From positions 4,391,227-4,455,226 of the forward strand of contig CM082579.2 in assembly GCA_040954595.2 (NCBI GenBank): a stretch of DNA of 64,000 bases. The letters run 5' to 3'. The translations under genes and the position numbers were made by a program. This stretch comes from Balanoglossus misakiensis. Lineage: Eukaryota; Animalia; Hemichordata. The notes beneath the pieces are model-generated. The model saw only the letters and a program-made list of their open reading frames with translations, ran no database searches and was not told the origin of the DNA. Positions 38,001-50,459 of the stretch are shown in pieces. Each line of letters starts with the position of its first letter. The stretch's first letter is position 1.

Positions 38001-40238
38001 AGTAGACTGCAAATATGGTAAAATCTTACATCCAAAAGAACATGTACAGGCCACAGACATAAACACGTTACAAGTACTTCTGTTAAGAGGCCTGGTCTTT
38101 TTACTGGCTTGTACTATTTTGCCAGCTGTCGTGACAACAGACATGTAAAGAAATTTAACACCACAATCACATGTCCACAGAAAGGTGCTTTTGTTGAGAA
38201 AATACATGCATCTTCATACCAAAGTCAATATTTCATGAATACAGTAAAACCTGTAGACACCTCTGTAAACCGAACAATATTTTCAGTCCCTTTGGTGTCC
38301 GGTTTAGACAGGTTTCACTGTATATTATGTTCTTTTCCTTTGGTAGTTTATTATAGCTAACATTCCAACGGAGTTGAACAAAACCACGGCAAAGAAAAGG
38401 CTAAAAATAGTGCACACAATCTTTATACATGTAAGTCTAGTCTGCATGTTGCTGAACATTCTCAAGCTTCGCTAAGACTGGGTTTCCAGCTTTGCAGAGC
38501 TTATTCGACGTCTGTCTAGACTCTCATGAAAGAGTTAAAAGATTTTCATTTTTTTTCCCAAAAACGAATCCTCCCCAAGGCAGGTTTTGTCTTACGCTTG
38601 CAATACAGCGAGATTTGAAAATAAAACTAGTGCGTAATGCATCGTATTACTGTAATGTAAGACCACCTGAGAGGTATCAACAAGTTAATGACGGGCACTG
38701 GATAATAAGTAACACAGGCCATCTGTACAGCAGTCTAGAATCTCCACCTGTAAGTTGGAGCTTTGTCAACCAGGTCAGAATCTCGTCTCAGCGTACAAAC
38801 TTGAAATTTACGGAAAATTACTTAAGCAGCCACATATGATGTAAATGGTAACTGCTGAAAGCATAACCACAGAATTCAATCTTCTGTTGATTGGACAGAG
38901 GATCAGTTTCAGGACATACAGCGGCACAGCAGAAATAGTAAACTTTTCTCGCATCCAGTACACTCATTAATAGCAAATCTGGTGACCAGACATGTGGTAT
39001 TTGTGCGATGGGACTTGTATCGAATGTATGCAACTCTGTAGACTGTTGACTGACAAACCAACAGCCAAACAGGCTGGCTGACTTCAATTCACTACACATC
39101 AACTCAATAGTCTTCCTGAAATGTATTTATTGGTACGGCAGTCACCTTTCAAACTCTTTTGCTGAGAAGTCATCCGAATTCTCTGCTGCACACACGAAAC
39201 TGCCCAACATTAAAAGGGAATTATGTCAACGCTGCGTCTTTGAGCTAACAACATGCTCCTGTGGGGTCTGGAGTACCACTGTGTGGTCCCACTATTTCCC
39301 CGAACTTCGGTGAAATTGTATTTCTGACCAGAGCAGCTGAGGTACAGAACTATAACACACAACTGTATGGTATTCTGCATTCTAAACAGACCGATTTCTC
39401 TTGATATTTCAGTCATGTAATGCATGTCAGAAAACAGTCAGCGCATTAACTGCTATACATTTAATAATACAAATAGTATTCAAACAACAGCGCAAACACT
39501 GTAGCCCTGGTCACACAATATGTTGGCATTTAATGGACCCCACACACTATATAGCTACTGTCACTGCACTATTTACATTTGAAAACTGGTTTAGTTTATG
39601 CATGTTTGGTTATGGAAATTACTGCAGCAATATTGCTCATCTCAAGTGGAACTTACATCAGAATAATGAAGTAAAGAATGAAAATTTCAATGAATGATGT
39701 CATACAATTAACAGGGTGTACGGGTATAAAAACCGGCCTTTTATTTAAGGGGCGTATTCTGTGATTCACGCTTTTATTTTGTTATTTAGTTTAGTACACC
39801 ATATTGCTACTGGGGCGATGTTCACCAATTGGGTTAAAATGAAAACTAGCTGCGTGTCCACTTACTGGTTTCCACAAGTGCATTGTAAACCTCTCTCTTC
39901 AAATCTGAAAGATGGACATTGGGTCTGGCAGCCTGCACCTGTGGATTTCGAGTCAGAAAACAAAATTGTGAGACAGACAGCGACAGACAGACAGCAATAG
40001 TTACGATGAGATAACATCCAATATATTCTGATAAAAAAAAAATATCCCTGGATAAAGGCAATGTGTTAAAGAAATGTCCATTTCTATAGAAATGTCCATA
40101 TCAACATAGATGGGCTTTGAAATGTACATGTACCTGAGCAGCCCTCTTCAGCTGTGAATGCAGGACTGTGCAACGCAGTTCCTGCACGATGTGAGAAATC
40201 AACACGGCCAGGTGCTCACTGGGATCAGATGCTGACAT
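31890..40238 (-). CDS. TBC1D19: TBC1 domain family member 19, spliced CDS, 5' part only (3' exons not found in window)
   Basis: Manual join of complement(40134..40238, 39866..39938, 37468..37589, 36318..36392, 33238..33301, 32830..32990, 32225..32297, 31890..32041) gives 825 nt with all introns GT-AG and consistent phases. Peptides WEKRILKSLNSMCTELSVPLARK, WNELGTDEPDLSAFRPVYAPKDFL and GCPINQRGELW match vertebrate TBC1D19 as I recall it (WEKRILKSLNSMCTELSIPLARK, WNEMGTDEPDLSLFRPVYAPKDFL), in collinear order. Confidence 0.95.
32225..32297 (-). CDS. TBC1D19: TBC1D19 coding exon 7 (REQYWELSVVESQTGVDDSCDIIP-D)
   Basis: 73 nt, cttttccttgcag| acceptor, CAG|gtaaat donor. Aligns to ELGLNIGQLGIDDS. 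Confidence 0.92.
32830..32990 (-). CDS. TBC1D19: TBC1D19 coding exon 6 (LSAFRPVYAPKDFLDVLVTIKNPN...WGLIQLPFKVKDIKML)
   Basis: 161 nt, cttacag| acceptor, CTG|gtcagt donor, phase 1 to 0. Confidence 0.95.
33238..33301 (-). CDS. TBC1D19: TBC1D19 coding exon 5 (RPIQEQKELKMKWNELGTDEP-D)
   Basis: 64 nt, ttttttgcttag| acceptor, G|gtatgt donor, phase 0 to 1. Confidence 0.95.
36318..36392 (-). CDS. TBC1D19: TBC1D19 coding exon 4 (SNWEKRILKSLNSMCTELSVPLARK)
   Basis: 75 nt, cttctttgctttgcag| acceptor, AAG|gtgggt donor. Nearly identical to the vertebrate peptide. Confidence 0.96.
37468..37589 (-). CDS. TBC1D19: TBC1D19 coding exon 3 (WERKLRNAVYKHMALYPRITHPLAPAEHSKEPLAYIRKAQ)
   Basis: 122 nt, tcctttgtag| acceptor, CAG|gtatat donor, phase 1 to 0. 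Aligns to WEKKLQNAVY...HPAAPPEHLKEPLVYMRKAQ. Missing from the ORF track. Confidence 0.93.
38242..38320. mobile_element. 79-bp MITE, Tc1/mariner-pogo type, in a TBC1D19 intron
   Basis: TA|CAGTAAAACCTGT...ACAGGTTTCACTG|TA: TIRs match at 12/13 bp, TA target duplication, CAGT termini typical of pogo/Tigger-like elements. Confidence 0.8.
39866..39938 (-). CDS. TBC1D19: TBC1D19 coding exon 2 (VQAARPNVHLSDLKREVYNALVET-S)
   Basis: 73 nt, ccacag| acceptor, |gtaagt donor, phase 0 to 1. Aligns to RPEIKLESLKEDI. Confidence 0.88.
40134..40238 (-). CDS. TBC1D19: TBC1D19 first coding exon (MSASDPSEHLAVLISHIVQELRCTVLHSQLKRAAQ); whole exon 40134..40296 including 58 nt of 5'UTR
   Basis: ATG at 40238 in context CCAAGATGT. 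Donor CAG|gtacat at 40133. Acceptor tttctttctgcgtccacag| at 40297. Resembles the human N-terminus LIIAQIVQKLKGSNLYSQLERQA. Confidence 0.88.
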
Positions 40239-40734
40239 CTTGGACTTCGTTGTGGTTGGGTGTAAAACAATAATATATCTCAACCAGTCAAACAATCTGT
40301 GGACGCAGAAAGAAACGAATAGGCAATGTAACTAATGAATCAAGAAGGTTTTATTTAAAATGAGATCATCATATTCCTGAAGAAAATGAGTACATTGTAC
40401 TCCAATCATCATGCATCAAGGTGTGAACTATAATTTAGGTTTGTCAAGTTCCATATGATGGGTATCGTAAGTCACGGATTGTTGAGACTGGAGGACTCAC
40501 TGTCATCAAAAAATTCAAAAGAAGACGACAAATAACAGAGAAACAGCCACCACTGAACAATTCTCAATGATTTTTATTTGCTGTAACAAAACTTAAATCC
40601 CCTCACGTATGCAACTAAATGTCAGCTAGGTCATTCAGTAGCTACATGTACACTGTACATCATGAATTGTTCGAATTTACTTGTAAATGTGGGCAGTGTA
40701 TCAGGCTTTAGTGTTCACCTGCCGGTGTCACTGA

Positions 40735-40760
40735 CCCCCCCCCCCCCCCCCCCCCCCCCC
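40735..40760. repeat. C26 homopolymer in the intron upstream of the first TBC1D19 coding exon
   Basis: Read directly. Other long runs are C20 at 2766-2785, G15 at 24306-24320, G16 at 24442-24457 and C15 at 27418-27432. Confidence 0.95.
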
Positions 40761-41681
40761 AATCTACTGTGATGTTCACTAGTGATATACTGTATTGTAA
40801 TTAACCAAAGTAAAAGAGGTGTTTGGGCACGATGTTCTCCTAATATCATAAATGTCCAATCGTAAATGTACAATAGCGGCGCGATGAAAGGATTCTTGCT
40901 TTAAAATAATGGTGTCATCAGCAGAGTGTACTGACTTGGATTAAAACAAATACCCCTGGATGCTCATCAGACTATAAATCAAACTGTCACAAATTACTTG
41001 CAGAATGAAGTAAAAACAATTCTGAGGATAAATATGTACTGTGAGAGACTGAAAAACTACTTTACCTAAAAAGTAAACACTAACACTTGCAATAACTTGA
41101 ATAAACTTAAAATAAAACAAACATTAGACAAGCGCAGAGTGTAAATGCACAAATCGGCCAATTTTATTACAATACTAGCGGAGTTACATTAAACAGTGAT
41201 AGAGAGATTGTCATGTCTTTGTGCAATAGTCTATCATGGTTTATACATAGTACAGACAGACATGACCGGCTCTATAAGTAAAGCTACAGTACAGGGGCCT
41301 GTATACTGTTCGAACACTCTTTCGTATGATACAAGAAGCTAATATGATTGTGGTCCCTGCATCTCAAAAAAATAGCAAAAAAATACAAAAATAAAATTTC
41401 TTAACAAATTCTACAGGGTGCACAAATAAAGAAGTAAGAAGTTAGTACAAAAGGAACACAAAAAGAGCCTTGAAGTCATCAAAATCTGATCGTAGATCAT
41501 GGGGCCATGTCCGGGTCTTGAACCCACTGTCCCCATTGAATACCAATGGTAGCCCTCTCTCTAGCACAGTAGGCCACGACGTCTTCACACACGCAGCCAT
41601 AGAAAAATTCCGAGCAATCGCCTCACACAGTGAACGTAGGCATGGCTTTATCATAATCTCAGATCTAGAAAATCTAATTAC

Positions 41682-41770
41682 CTGATTGAATCCTAGAGGT
41701 ATGATTGAATGAAAACAAGTAACTCCGAGACGACGGCTATTAAACCTTCCTGTATTCCGCCATCTTGAAA
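41682..41770 (-). other. TBC1D19: Probable non-coding first exon of TBC1D19 (5' end approximate)
   Basis: The ATG-bearing exon has a good acceptor, so an upstream exon is likely. A donor TCAG|gtaatt at 41681 lies about 80 nt downstream of a YY1-type AAGATGGCGG motif and promoter motif cluster. The TSS is inferred, not observed. Confidence 0.6.
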
Positions 41771-41840
41771 TTTTGAGCTGCGCGGGCGCACAATGACGTC
41801 ATACATAACAACAATATATCAATGTTGCTAAGCGATAAGC
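41755..41840 (-). promoter_or_regulatory. Putative TBC1D19 core/proximal promoter
   Basis: YY1/TISU-like CAAGATGGCGG (minus, about 41757-41767), NRF1-like TGCGCGGGCGCA (41779-41790), full CRE ATGACGTCAT (41793-41802) and X-box-like GTTGCTAAGCGAT (41824-41836) within about 85 bp. The site also marks the transition from CpG-poor to CpG-rich sequence. Confidence 0.65.
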
Positions 41841-44800
41841 CCTCCCGTGTGCTTGTTGTTCTTCTCAATACGACTTTGCCGATTACAATTTAACGCCTGA
41901 AGCTTGATTTGAAAAAATAAACATTTTTTTCTCAAACATGTATTATTCAAACCTTTTGCCTCGTTTTCTTTTCTGAAGTAGGCCTAAATATGTACATATA
42001 CTGTACTACCAAGTTATTCAAAGTTGTCTCCCATATCATGTTGCTAGAAACCCCATTTATACTTCTGTCATTTTTATGAAATTTCGGCTATATCTCAGCC
42101 GAAATAAATTAAAGTTATTAGTCGAATAAAATTGTACGGACACCGTCACTACGGTGGTTGACTTTGACATAAACTTCATAAAACGATTTTGCTTCTAGAA
42201 GAAATTCATATTTAGATTACATTTATAAGGTACATTTTTAAAAATCTACAAATAACAGAAATGACGACTCTTTCAATTTACCACGCGTACCTCGAGCGTA
42301 TCCGGATTTATCATAAGCTCCTACATCTAAGCTGATTATTTTAACTTCTTAGCCAAAAGGCCCAGGCATACATGTAAAACGAGTGACTGAAGGGATCACT
42401 TGTGCGCGGCCATTAACTATTCACAAACATACCCAATGTAAGTTATCTATCATATTTATACGCGAAATACTAAAGAATGACATAATAACATTTCAATAGG
42501 CCTAAATCTATGTCTTAACTTCCTTTACCAGAATCTTATCGATATTTATGAATATGAAATGCTTCCCATGATCCCCACAGGGGAGGCATAGGCCTAAGCT
42601 TTATATTCTGATGGTTTAAATTAAACACAAACTTTCCTAATACTGCGTAGGCCTGACTTTGTGCATTGACATAATGCTTTACTGCCTAATGAGAAGTAAA
42701 AGCGGAATAGATTTTCGCGATTTGTTAACTAGTACATGTGCACTCCGCAGCGGTCGGCATCCATGGCATGTATTAAAACTGTGTACATGTATATATGTAT
42801 TGCGATCAATACTTTACAGAGTACTAGTTGGGGGTATATATTTTATTTGTAAATGATTTATGCATTGTGATGTATTATTTTCACTTCTGTTTGAATTTTC
42901 ATAGTTATCGGATTATACTGACAACCACGAGTAAACGGAACGTTCCATTGTCATGACAGGGTTGGGTGATAACGATTCGGTGGCGACAGTAACACTAATA
43001 AACTCCATGACTATCTGCTGTCATAGAAGCTCGAATTAAGGAAGAGACAATTTATATAATGGGCCAATGTATCGCTTCAAGACACATTGAATTCTACACG
43101 TGATAGCCGCATAAAGCAATTTGTAATGTCCTAAGTTACGTGTTCAATAAACACCACCCAGAAAAATCAGAATATTTTTCGGAAAGTGTTGTTGATTATT
43201 CAGATGGGTCTCCGTTAAATACAGTCGGATTTCACGGGTTGATAACCGTTCCAGTCGGGAAAAGGCAAACTATACCCAACCTTTCCACCCTAATAATGAC
43301 ACTCCCACCCGTCGGAAAATGTGGTATGACCCAGTGTGTAGATTTGTGATGAGTTTCCAGCGTACTACATACCAGTATTAAAGCTGGTGTGTTTTTGGCA
43401 AGGCCGAAAAGTGCCGCGTTAACAGCAAGGACTCTTCGGTATGGTATGTTCTTCTGCATGCACCACAGCAACCGAAAATTATGTCAAATCTACTGCAATA
43501 TGGTGGATGCGGGTTTATTAATTTTACTTTCAACAATTGCTGTTTCAGATATTGCGGACCATTCGAGTATATCACGCCCGAATCTCTTTGACATCACCAA
43601 AGACGTTCAGCGTTCATCATCTTGACAACGCGCAGCATATAATATTGTCCACACCGAGACTTGTTTCAGACCTCCAACTCCAACAGCTGACCACCAACTC
43701 TTAATTTCAAAGGTGAGGTCATGTATTCCTCCTAATTCTTTTGTGTTCAATCATTGACAAAACATAATTGCGATGATCCGAAGGGGGTAACAAGTCGAAA
43801 CTTCGAACGTGAGCCACGGTGCCGGCATTTCAGCAGATTTTTGTTTTCGCACGATAATGTAAAATTTGAAAAGTGTAGAAGATTCATGAAAATACAACAT
43901 GCATGTACGCCTATATATATATCGGTACTCATGCAAGACTTTTTCAATACAGACACACTAGTAAATTGTACACGCACACACACACACATGATTTTTTATG
44001 TATCTATAGAAGCGTCGACTAGATGATCTGAAGATCACTTGAAAATACGTACTTAACATTTAAGAAATTATTTTGTTCGCCGTGTGCGCCGCAGTATACG
44101 TGCCAGAATGACCCCGCCACGACCCCCCGCGCGCATGTGCCACGAGCGACCCGGTAGACTGGGGAGAACCCCGAGCGTCTTCCGGTATATGTCCGTGTAA
44201 CTCCATCAGCCTAATCGACGGGTAGTGCCCATTTTAATCTGATGCAAGCAGCTTCTGTAATTTGCCGCCGGTGACGATGTGATCTGATATACATATACTG
44301 GCGGAGAGCTCCGGCTGAAACTAGCTTCTGTGACAGTGTTAATGATGAATTTATGCTGCCAAAAAAGTGAGAACTGAGCCATTCTATGCAAGGCGATACT
44401 TTTAATGAAAATGAAAATAACCCGATATTACCACAGCTCCGGGGAAGATTGTCAAATTGCCGAAGACCTCAGAAAATACAAATCGATTAACTGAAACGAC
44501 CGTTTACCATGACGACTCCATTCATCCGGGTAATTAAAACACGTTGTTGGGTGGTTCAAACTCAACTTCCGAAGATGATTCGCTTTGTATGTCTGGTGAT
44601 GGACGTGATATGACCCAGATTTGATCTTTTTCTCTCTTCATTTTAAAACGTTAATAAAGTGACAACGGTGTTGCTAGATGTCACCTTAGCATGTTCGACT
44701 TGTCACAGATATTCACCAAAAGATATAATTAACTGACATCAGTGTGACGTCGTTCACCTTGTCAGTTAGATGTTCAAGAACGACTTTAATACACAGAAAT

Positions 44801-47800
44801 AACAATAAGCAAAATTCCCCACCCATCGTTAAGTCAGCCCTTTCCAGCCTACACCATACACACCACCATACACATGCACTTTCCAGTACACCGCTGGTTA
44901 ATTTCCATCGAAATTGTGTGTGATCGCGTAGCTGTATGTCACGTTTCGTTTTAGTAAGCGTGAACAAAAAATATTGCCTTATGTTTATAGGCCTATATGT
45001 AATATTACCGATAAAACTTCCATACTTTCAAACTTCGTATTAACTAAGTTTACTAAAACACACGTTAAATTTGACAGACTCCTAAACATTTATTGGCTGT
45101 GAGTTCACAATGTCACTGTGAACACGACACACATTCCCTCTCTCATAAGTGCCCGGATTTCGACAAGATGTGCATGTAGGCCCTTCTATTACTCTTTCCG
45201 TTGCAGACCTACAGTGCTGTGGAATCCCCTGGACTGAAGGAATGGTTGTTCTATAGTATGGTAATTGATGATATAATGGTTATTATTTTTGAAATGGTGT
45301 AAATTTAACACAAGCTTACTGAAATATATTACTATTATTAGTCGTCAAATTTCTGCAGGTGATTCATAAAATTTAAAAGCACCAGTCTAAACGCTTGTTG
45401 GTAAGAATTTTCAGTTTTATTTCGTCTCATATTTTTTGGATTATTAAATAAATGGGACGTTTTATAGTCATTGGGCACATAAGAATATCTCACCGAAACA
45501 CAACACGTAGATTTTGATCACACTGCGCAGTTGCAGGATAGGATCGGAGACGGCGAGACGCGTCACGTGACAAGGCCACTTTCCGGGAAAATTGGGAAAA
45601 GAGCGTTATCTGCAGTGAAGATTATCGCAAAGAGATAAAGCTTGGGAAAGAGATAATCCAGGGGAGATGAAACGATTAGCCTAGAGTGCTGCGTTGAGAT
45701 GTATGCGAGACGGTATATTTAGCAATTTTACCTTGTCAGTTATATTTAAAAATCACCAGGCTATTTTGTTTCCGTGGAAATAGTTGTATAATACAAATAT
45801 GGGAAATCTCGGCGAGAGGTATTTGGGACTATATGTGTGACAACAAACATTTGTATTAAATCGCATGCTGACTTTGCTTTAGAGCTTGCCATAAATGTTG
45901 CATCGAAATAGAATATACTGCAGCAGACGCTATGACAGATGCAAACATCATCTCCGATTAATGGAGGATCTCCAGAAAACTGTAAGAAAAGTGATCATAA
46001 ATTATTTAAAAACTCCCTGTTGAATATTGTCCGCAGTTTGATATCACAACTCGAGGCATGTATATCAAAGCGTCGAAACATCCATTTTAAAGATGAATGC
46101 CATTGTCCTTGGCATTCCTGTACACTAGCTTTCAGAAATCTATCCGGCAAATTTAAGGCGGGGGGGGGGGGACTTCAAGAAAGCTGCCGACACAGTATTA
46201 GCGTTCTATGAATGCAAAGTATTTTGCCGTCTTACAGTGCACTCCGATGGAGGATTTGAAATATTAATAACTCGTTGGAAAAAAAGAAGGAGACGATCGC
46301 TCTATAGTAACGCGATAAACGTTCGCAAATGAGTCTGTTAATACGCGTCGAAATTACGTTAGTGCGACATGAGGATATGAACTTCCCATTACAATATGCC
46401 TCTTGGTCGGGATAATTAAAATTACAGTCACACACACACGTGAGTGTCCCGGTGAGAGAGAGTATACTATACGTTTGTACATGTATATTTCAAATCCACA
46501 GTTAATATCCTATGATCAGGGTAATATTGCCCCGAGTCCTTGTTGGCTAGGAATCTCCGAAACGATGGCGGATAGAAGGCAGTTACTGAACCATGGTGGC
46601 CGTAGCATCCTTCTATTATACTGATTCTAAGTCATACACATCGGTCCGTATTACTTTTGAGAAGTGCGGGTGAAAAGCTGAACAGATATTCAAAACGTAT
46701 CTGAAAATCCCTTGGTGGGCATGGGCAGCAACCTTGAACAAATTAAGACGGGACTCGGGCGAAATATACATACATCATGTATACTAAACCCTATAGGCAT
46801 GCATATACGCGTCTAGGGTAATGTGCAGACGCATTTCAATTAAAAATAATAAATGTGGTGTGACGCAAACATTAACAAGGACTCCCCCCTTGGCGATTTG
46901 CTGATTTACTTTCATTTTGACAGCGCATCTTAGACACGGCAACAAAACATGTGGAGAGAGAGATGGAGACAGTCAGACAGACCGTACAGAGAGAGGGGGG
47001 GGGGAGAGATTCCAAGCATGCGTCTATTTAGGTTTACTCGACGGGTGTTTGAAAGAAGCGATTATGGACATTTTGACACAAATGCTTGAACGTTTCCAAC
47101 TTTTCGTGCTATACACAGATAGTGATTTGTCTTTGAGGCAGCATTCACAATGCAAACTCACTCTAAAAATAGGTTCAAACCCTCAGACGACAGTCCGAGC
47201 TGGCGGACAGACCCACACATGTATATTTTATTTCCTGATATCGACCGGCCACAAGTGTTCATCTGTGTGTTTTAAATTTTCCTCGCGACGTTTTCCGTTT
47301 CCTCGCGACGCGTCTATCACCCCAAGGTTGGCATGGGAATTAAATCGAACAGGGATGGTGACACGTTGCTGAAATAAAACGTCTTCTTTTCATATCTTAC
47401 AATGAGATCGCGATGAGCGATTCACGGCCAACCAGAGATGACAGATGTGTCTGCCATCACAGAATGGAAGCAATTTCACCGCGGCTCGTAGATTTCACAG
47501 GTGAAATTACTATCATCGTGCTTTTCATAAATTCAAAATGCGAGTGAGCGAAACTTGGATCACTGCTTCTTGCGGAACAATCTGTAATGTATAAAGTTGT
47601 GAGTACATTGCTTGGCGAGTTCCATCATACAAACTGATTGATGGCAATTTCCTGTAAAATTCACTACATCTGTGCTATATATATATATGACATGCAGACT
47701 ATTTAATAGCTGCAAAGTCGCTGTTTCTTTTCGATCACGTCACGGAGTGCTGTCAGCATGGTTAGTTCGTTTGACAATCAAAATGAATTTCGATAAATTC

Positions 47801-48610
47801 CGATCACCTAGGTTGGTTGAGAAATAACAAAAACAATTCGTCCGGAGGAAGGCTTTGTGTAAATGACTTCTGACGCGAATATATTTTTAAAAAACACAGA
47901 GATGCGCGTGATGTTATGATTTTCATCCCCGTAAACATCCTGAATGTGCGTTAAATGCCCTCTTTCATAAAAAAGTTTTAGGTTTCAGTAATCACTTCTG
48001 TGAGCTCCTTATCACGATTTGTAAGCACACGTAGGTCGCTTCCTGCCGAGTGTCGTCCTGCGCTGAGAAGATGACTCCGTGGATGTTATTGTCACGCGTA
48101 AACGAATTGTTTTGAATCCACAGAGATATCTCGACGGTAATCGTGATTTTGTCCGCATGTCTCCTCACTGAAAATAAAGACGCGTGGTTGTTAAGCCGAT
48201 GAAGATAATGATGAAGATACAGTCTTTAATCGCCTTGGCAACCACGTTTAATTCACGTATACGTCCCCTCTCTCTCTAGGGTCTATGAATGCGACGTCGT
48301 ATTTAGGGATTCCTAACACACACGCGCTTATGTATTCCAAGACATTTTTATTAACATTGAAAAGGGCATATCTGTTTTGATCAGTTGTAAAGTGAGCATG
48401 TCTCGGCGTTTGAATTTATTGGCGTCGGTATTTGTGCATTTTACAGCTGAACGAGATAGACTTGACAAAGTTATGCCAAATTATACGTCATGGAGCAGTT
48501 TTGTACCCATAATAATATATAACCCCGATAACACGATTCTTACAGCTATGATGAACCTAAGCGATTGCACAACCATAAGAAAATATAAATCAAGCTACAC
48601 TAATACAAGG

Positions 48611-48701
<91 letters not shown>
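48611..48701. repeat. (GACA)n microsatellite, about 22-23 perfect units
   Basis: Read directly from the sequence. Confidence 0.98.
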
Positions 48702-49171
48702 TTGCATCTGCACTGTATTTCTAACTTCATTATTGTCGCCTAATATCGCAAAGGTCGCGATCGATCGTCGAACCACAAACGTCTCAGTCCGCGGGCAACG
48801 TTATTATCCAACGTAACCGCGATTTCAGTGGAAGTTAAAATGTCCCTTCGTTCACCAATTACAAGCAAACCGGGCAAATATCCCTGCCGTATTTGCTGTT
48901 TCGATTACACAAACGTCACTGCAAAACGTCAGTGCACGAACATATTAGAACTTGAGGGAACAGCGGAAACTAGTTACCATTTTAGATTTGTTTACTCGGT
49001 ATAGTATTGTAAGCTGCTTGCTCCGCTTCTGCGGGCATGTTGGCCTTGCAAGTAAATTGGGTTCATGCATATTCAGTCAGTGAAATCCAGTTATAGAATA
49101 CCATTGTTCCACAGGCAGATGGCCATGTGACCCCTGATATCATTATGAGCGAAGTACAAGGACAACGGATC

Positions 49172-49275
<104 letters not shown>

Positions 49276-50312
49276 GCCTTGATATTTTTGCAATTAGTTT
49301 GGTTATTTTCAATAACACTGTTAGAATTTTTTTCAACTAAAAATTTGATGGATTGAGAATTTTTAAAGAAATTTTACACAATGTTCAAGATCTTATGATC
49401 AAAAATAGTTCCAATCATGTTACATTCAGTGTTCGAACAAATTCAATACTGTAAACCAATTTGCCGCTACCACCCACTATTAATCTGAAACTACCAAACC
49501 CTGATGGATCACGAGAATACCCCTCCCCCCATACCTAGAGATGGTCCTCGAATTTTCTATATCTCCATTTATCTCGTGCAAATTCGAAACCTTAAGATGA
49601 CAGAGATAACAACATGCGCGTCTTAGAGCAACATTCCCAATTGACAATGCGACTATTTCGCGTACGACGCGGGACCTATAGACACGATCTCCAAAACCCT
49701 ACAGGCTGAACGTCTCAGTAAAAAAGCCGGCTTACTTTGAAGTCTATTGCGATCACACCTAAAATACGGAATATTTGACAATACACCAATTTTCTAATTT
49801 CACTAAGTTGCAAATAGATGGATATACGCAGGCGTGTTCTACGCGGCACTCACGAATATTCACAATCTGAAACGCAGAACTCCTACAGATGAATTCCACC
49901 CCATTCTCGCCCAGTGCTTCCAATATTGCCTTAAAGCGCCGTATCAGTCAAAATGTCCTTCAAAATTTAAGCTGGCCGTTCACTATAGTGAGCGCCTTTG
50001 CTCCATTTGAAAGTGCATCTTTAATAGCGCGGCATAAATGAGACAATTTTCCAGGGATTCCTTTTGAAGACGGCCAGAATCTTCCGTGTTAATATTTACA
50101 GACGGCCATACGCCCATTACATGGGTCTGCATTACAATGGCGGCTAAAACGTTGTATGTTTGCATACTGCAGTTATAGCTCGGTTTGTTGAACACACCCA
50201 TGGTAATTGTGCTCAAATTGTAAAGAGGCGGATCATTGAGCACGTACAGTAGATGGATGTAGAAAATATCTCGATGCGACAAGCACAGAATATTGTACAT
50301 CTCGACCTTTAA

Positions 50313-50459
50313 CGTAGTCTGCGCTTCGAAAACCAGTCTTAAACATTTTCTCACATTTTGCTCAAACTGATTTTATGAACAGTCAGATTGGCGGCCATTT
50401 TGAATTTAGGAAAAGTGGACACAATTAAAGTGTTACTGATTTTTGATGCGCGTTCTACC
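50313..50459. mobile_element. About 147-bp degenerate TTAA-target MITE (Kolobok-like)
   Basis: TTAA|CGTAGTCTGCGCTTC...GATGCGCGTTCTACC|TTGA with imperfect 15-bp TIRs. About 40 terminal nt resemble the element end at 14325-14370. Confidence 0.6.

Noticed and set aside
39146-39185. Possible cassette microexon (cag|...AAG|gtgact)
   Set aside because: The polypyrimidine tract is weak, lengths of 35, 37 or 40 nt all shift the frame, and there is no homology. It needs RNA-seq evidence.
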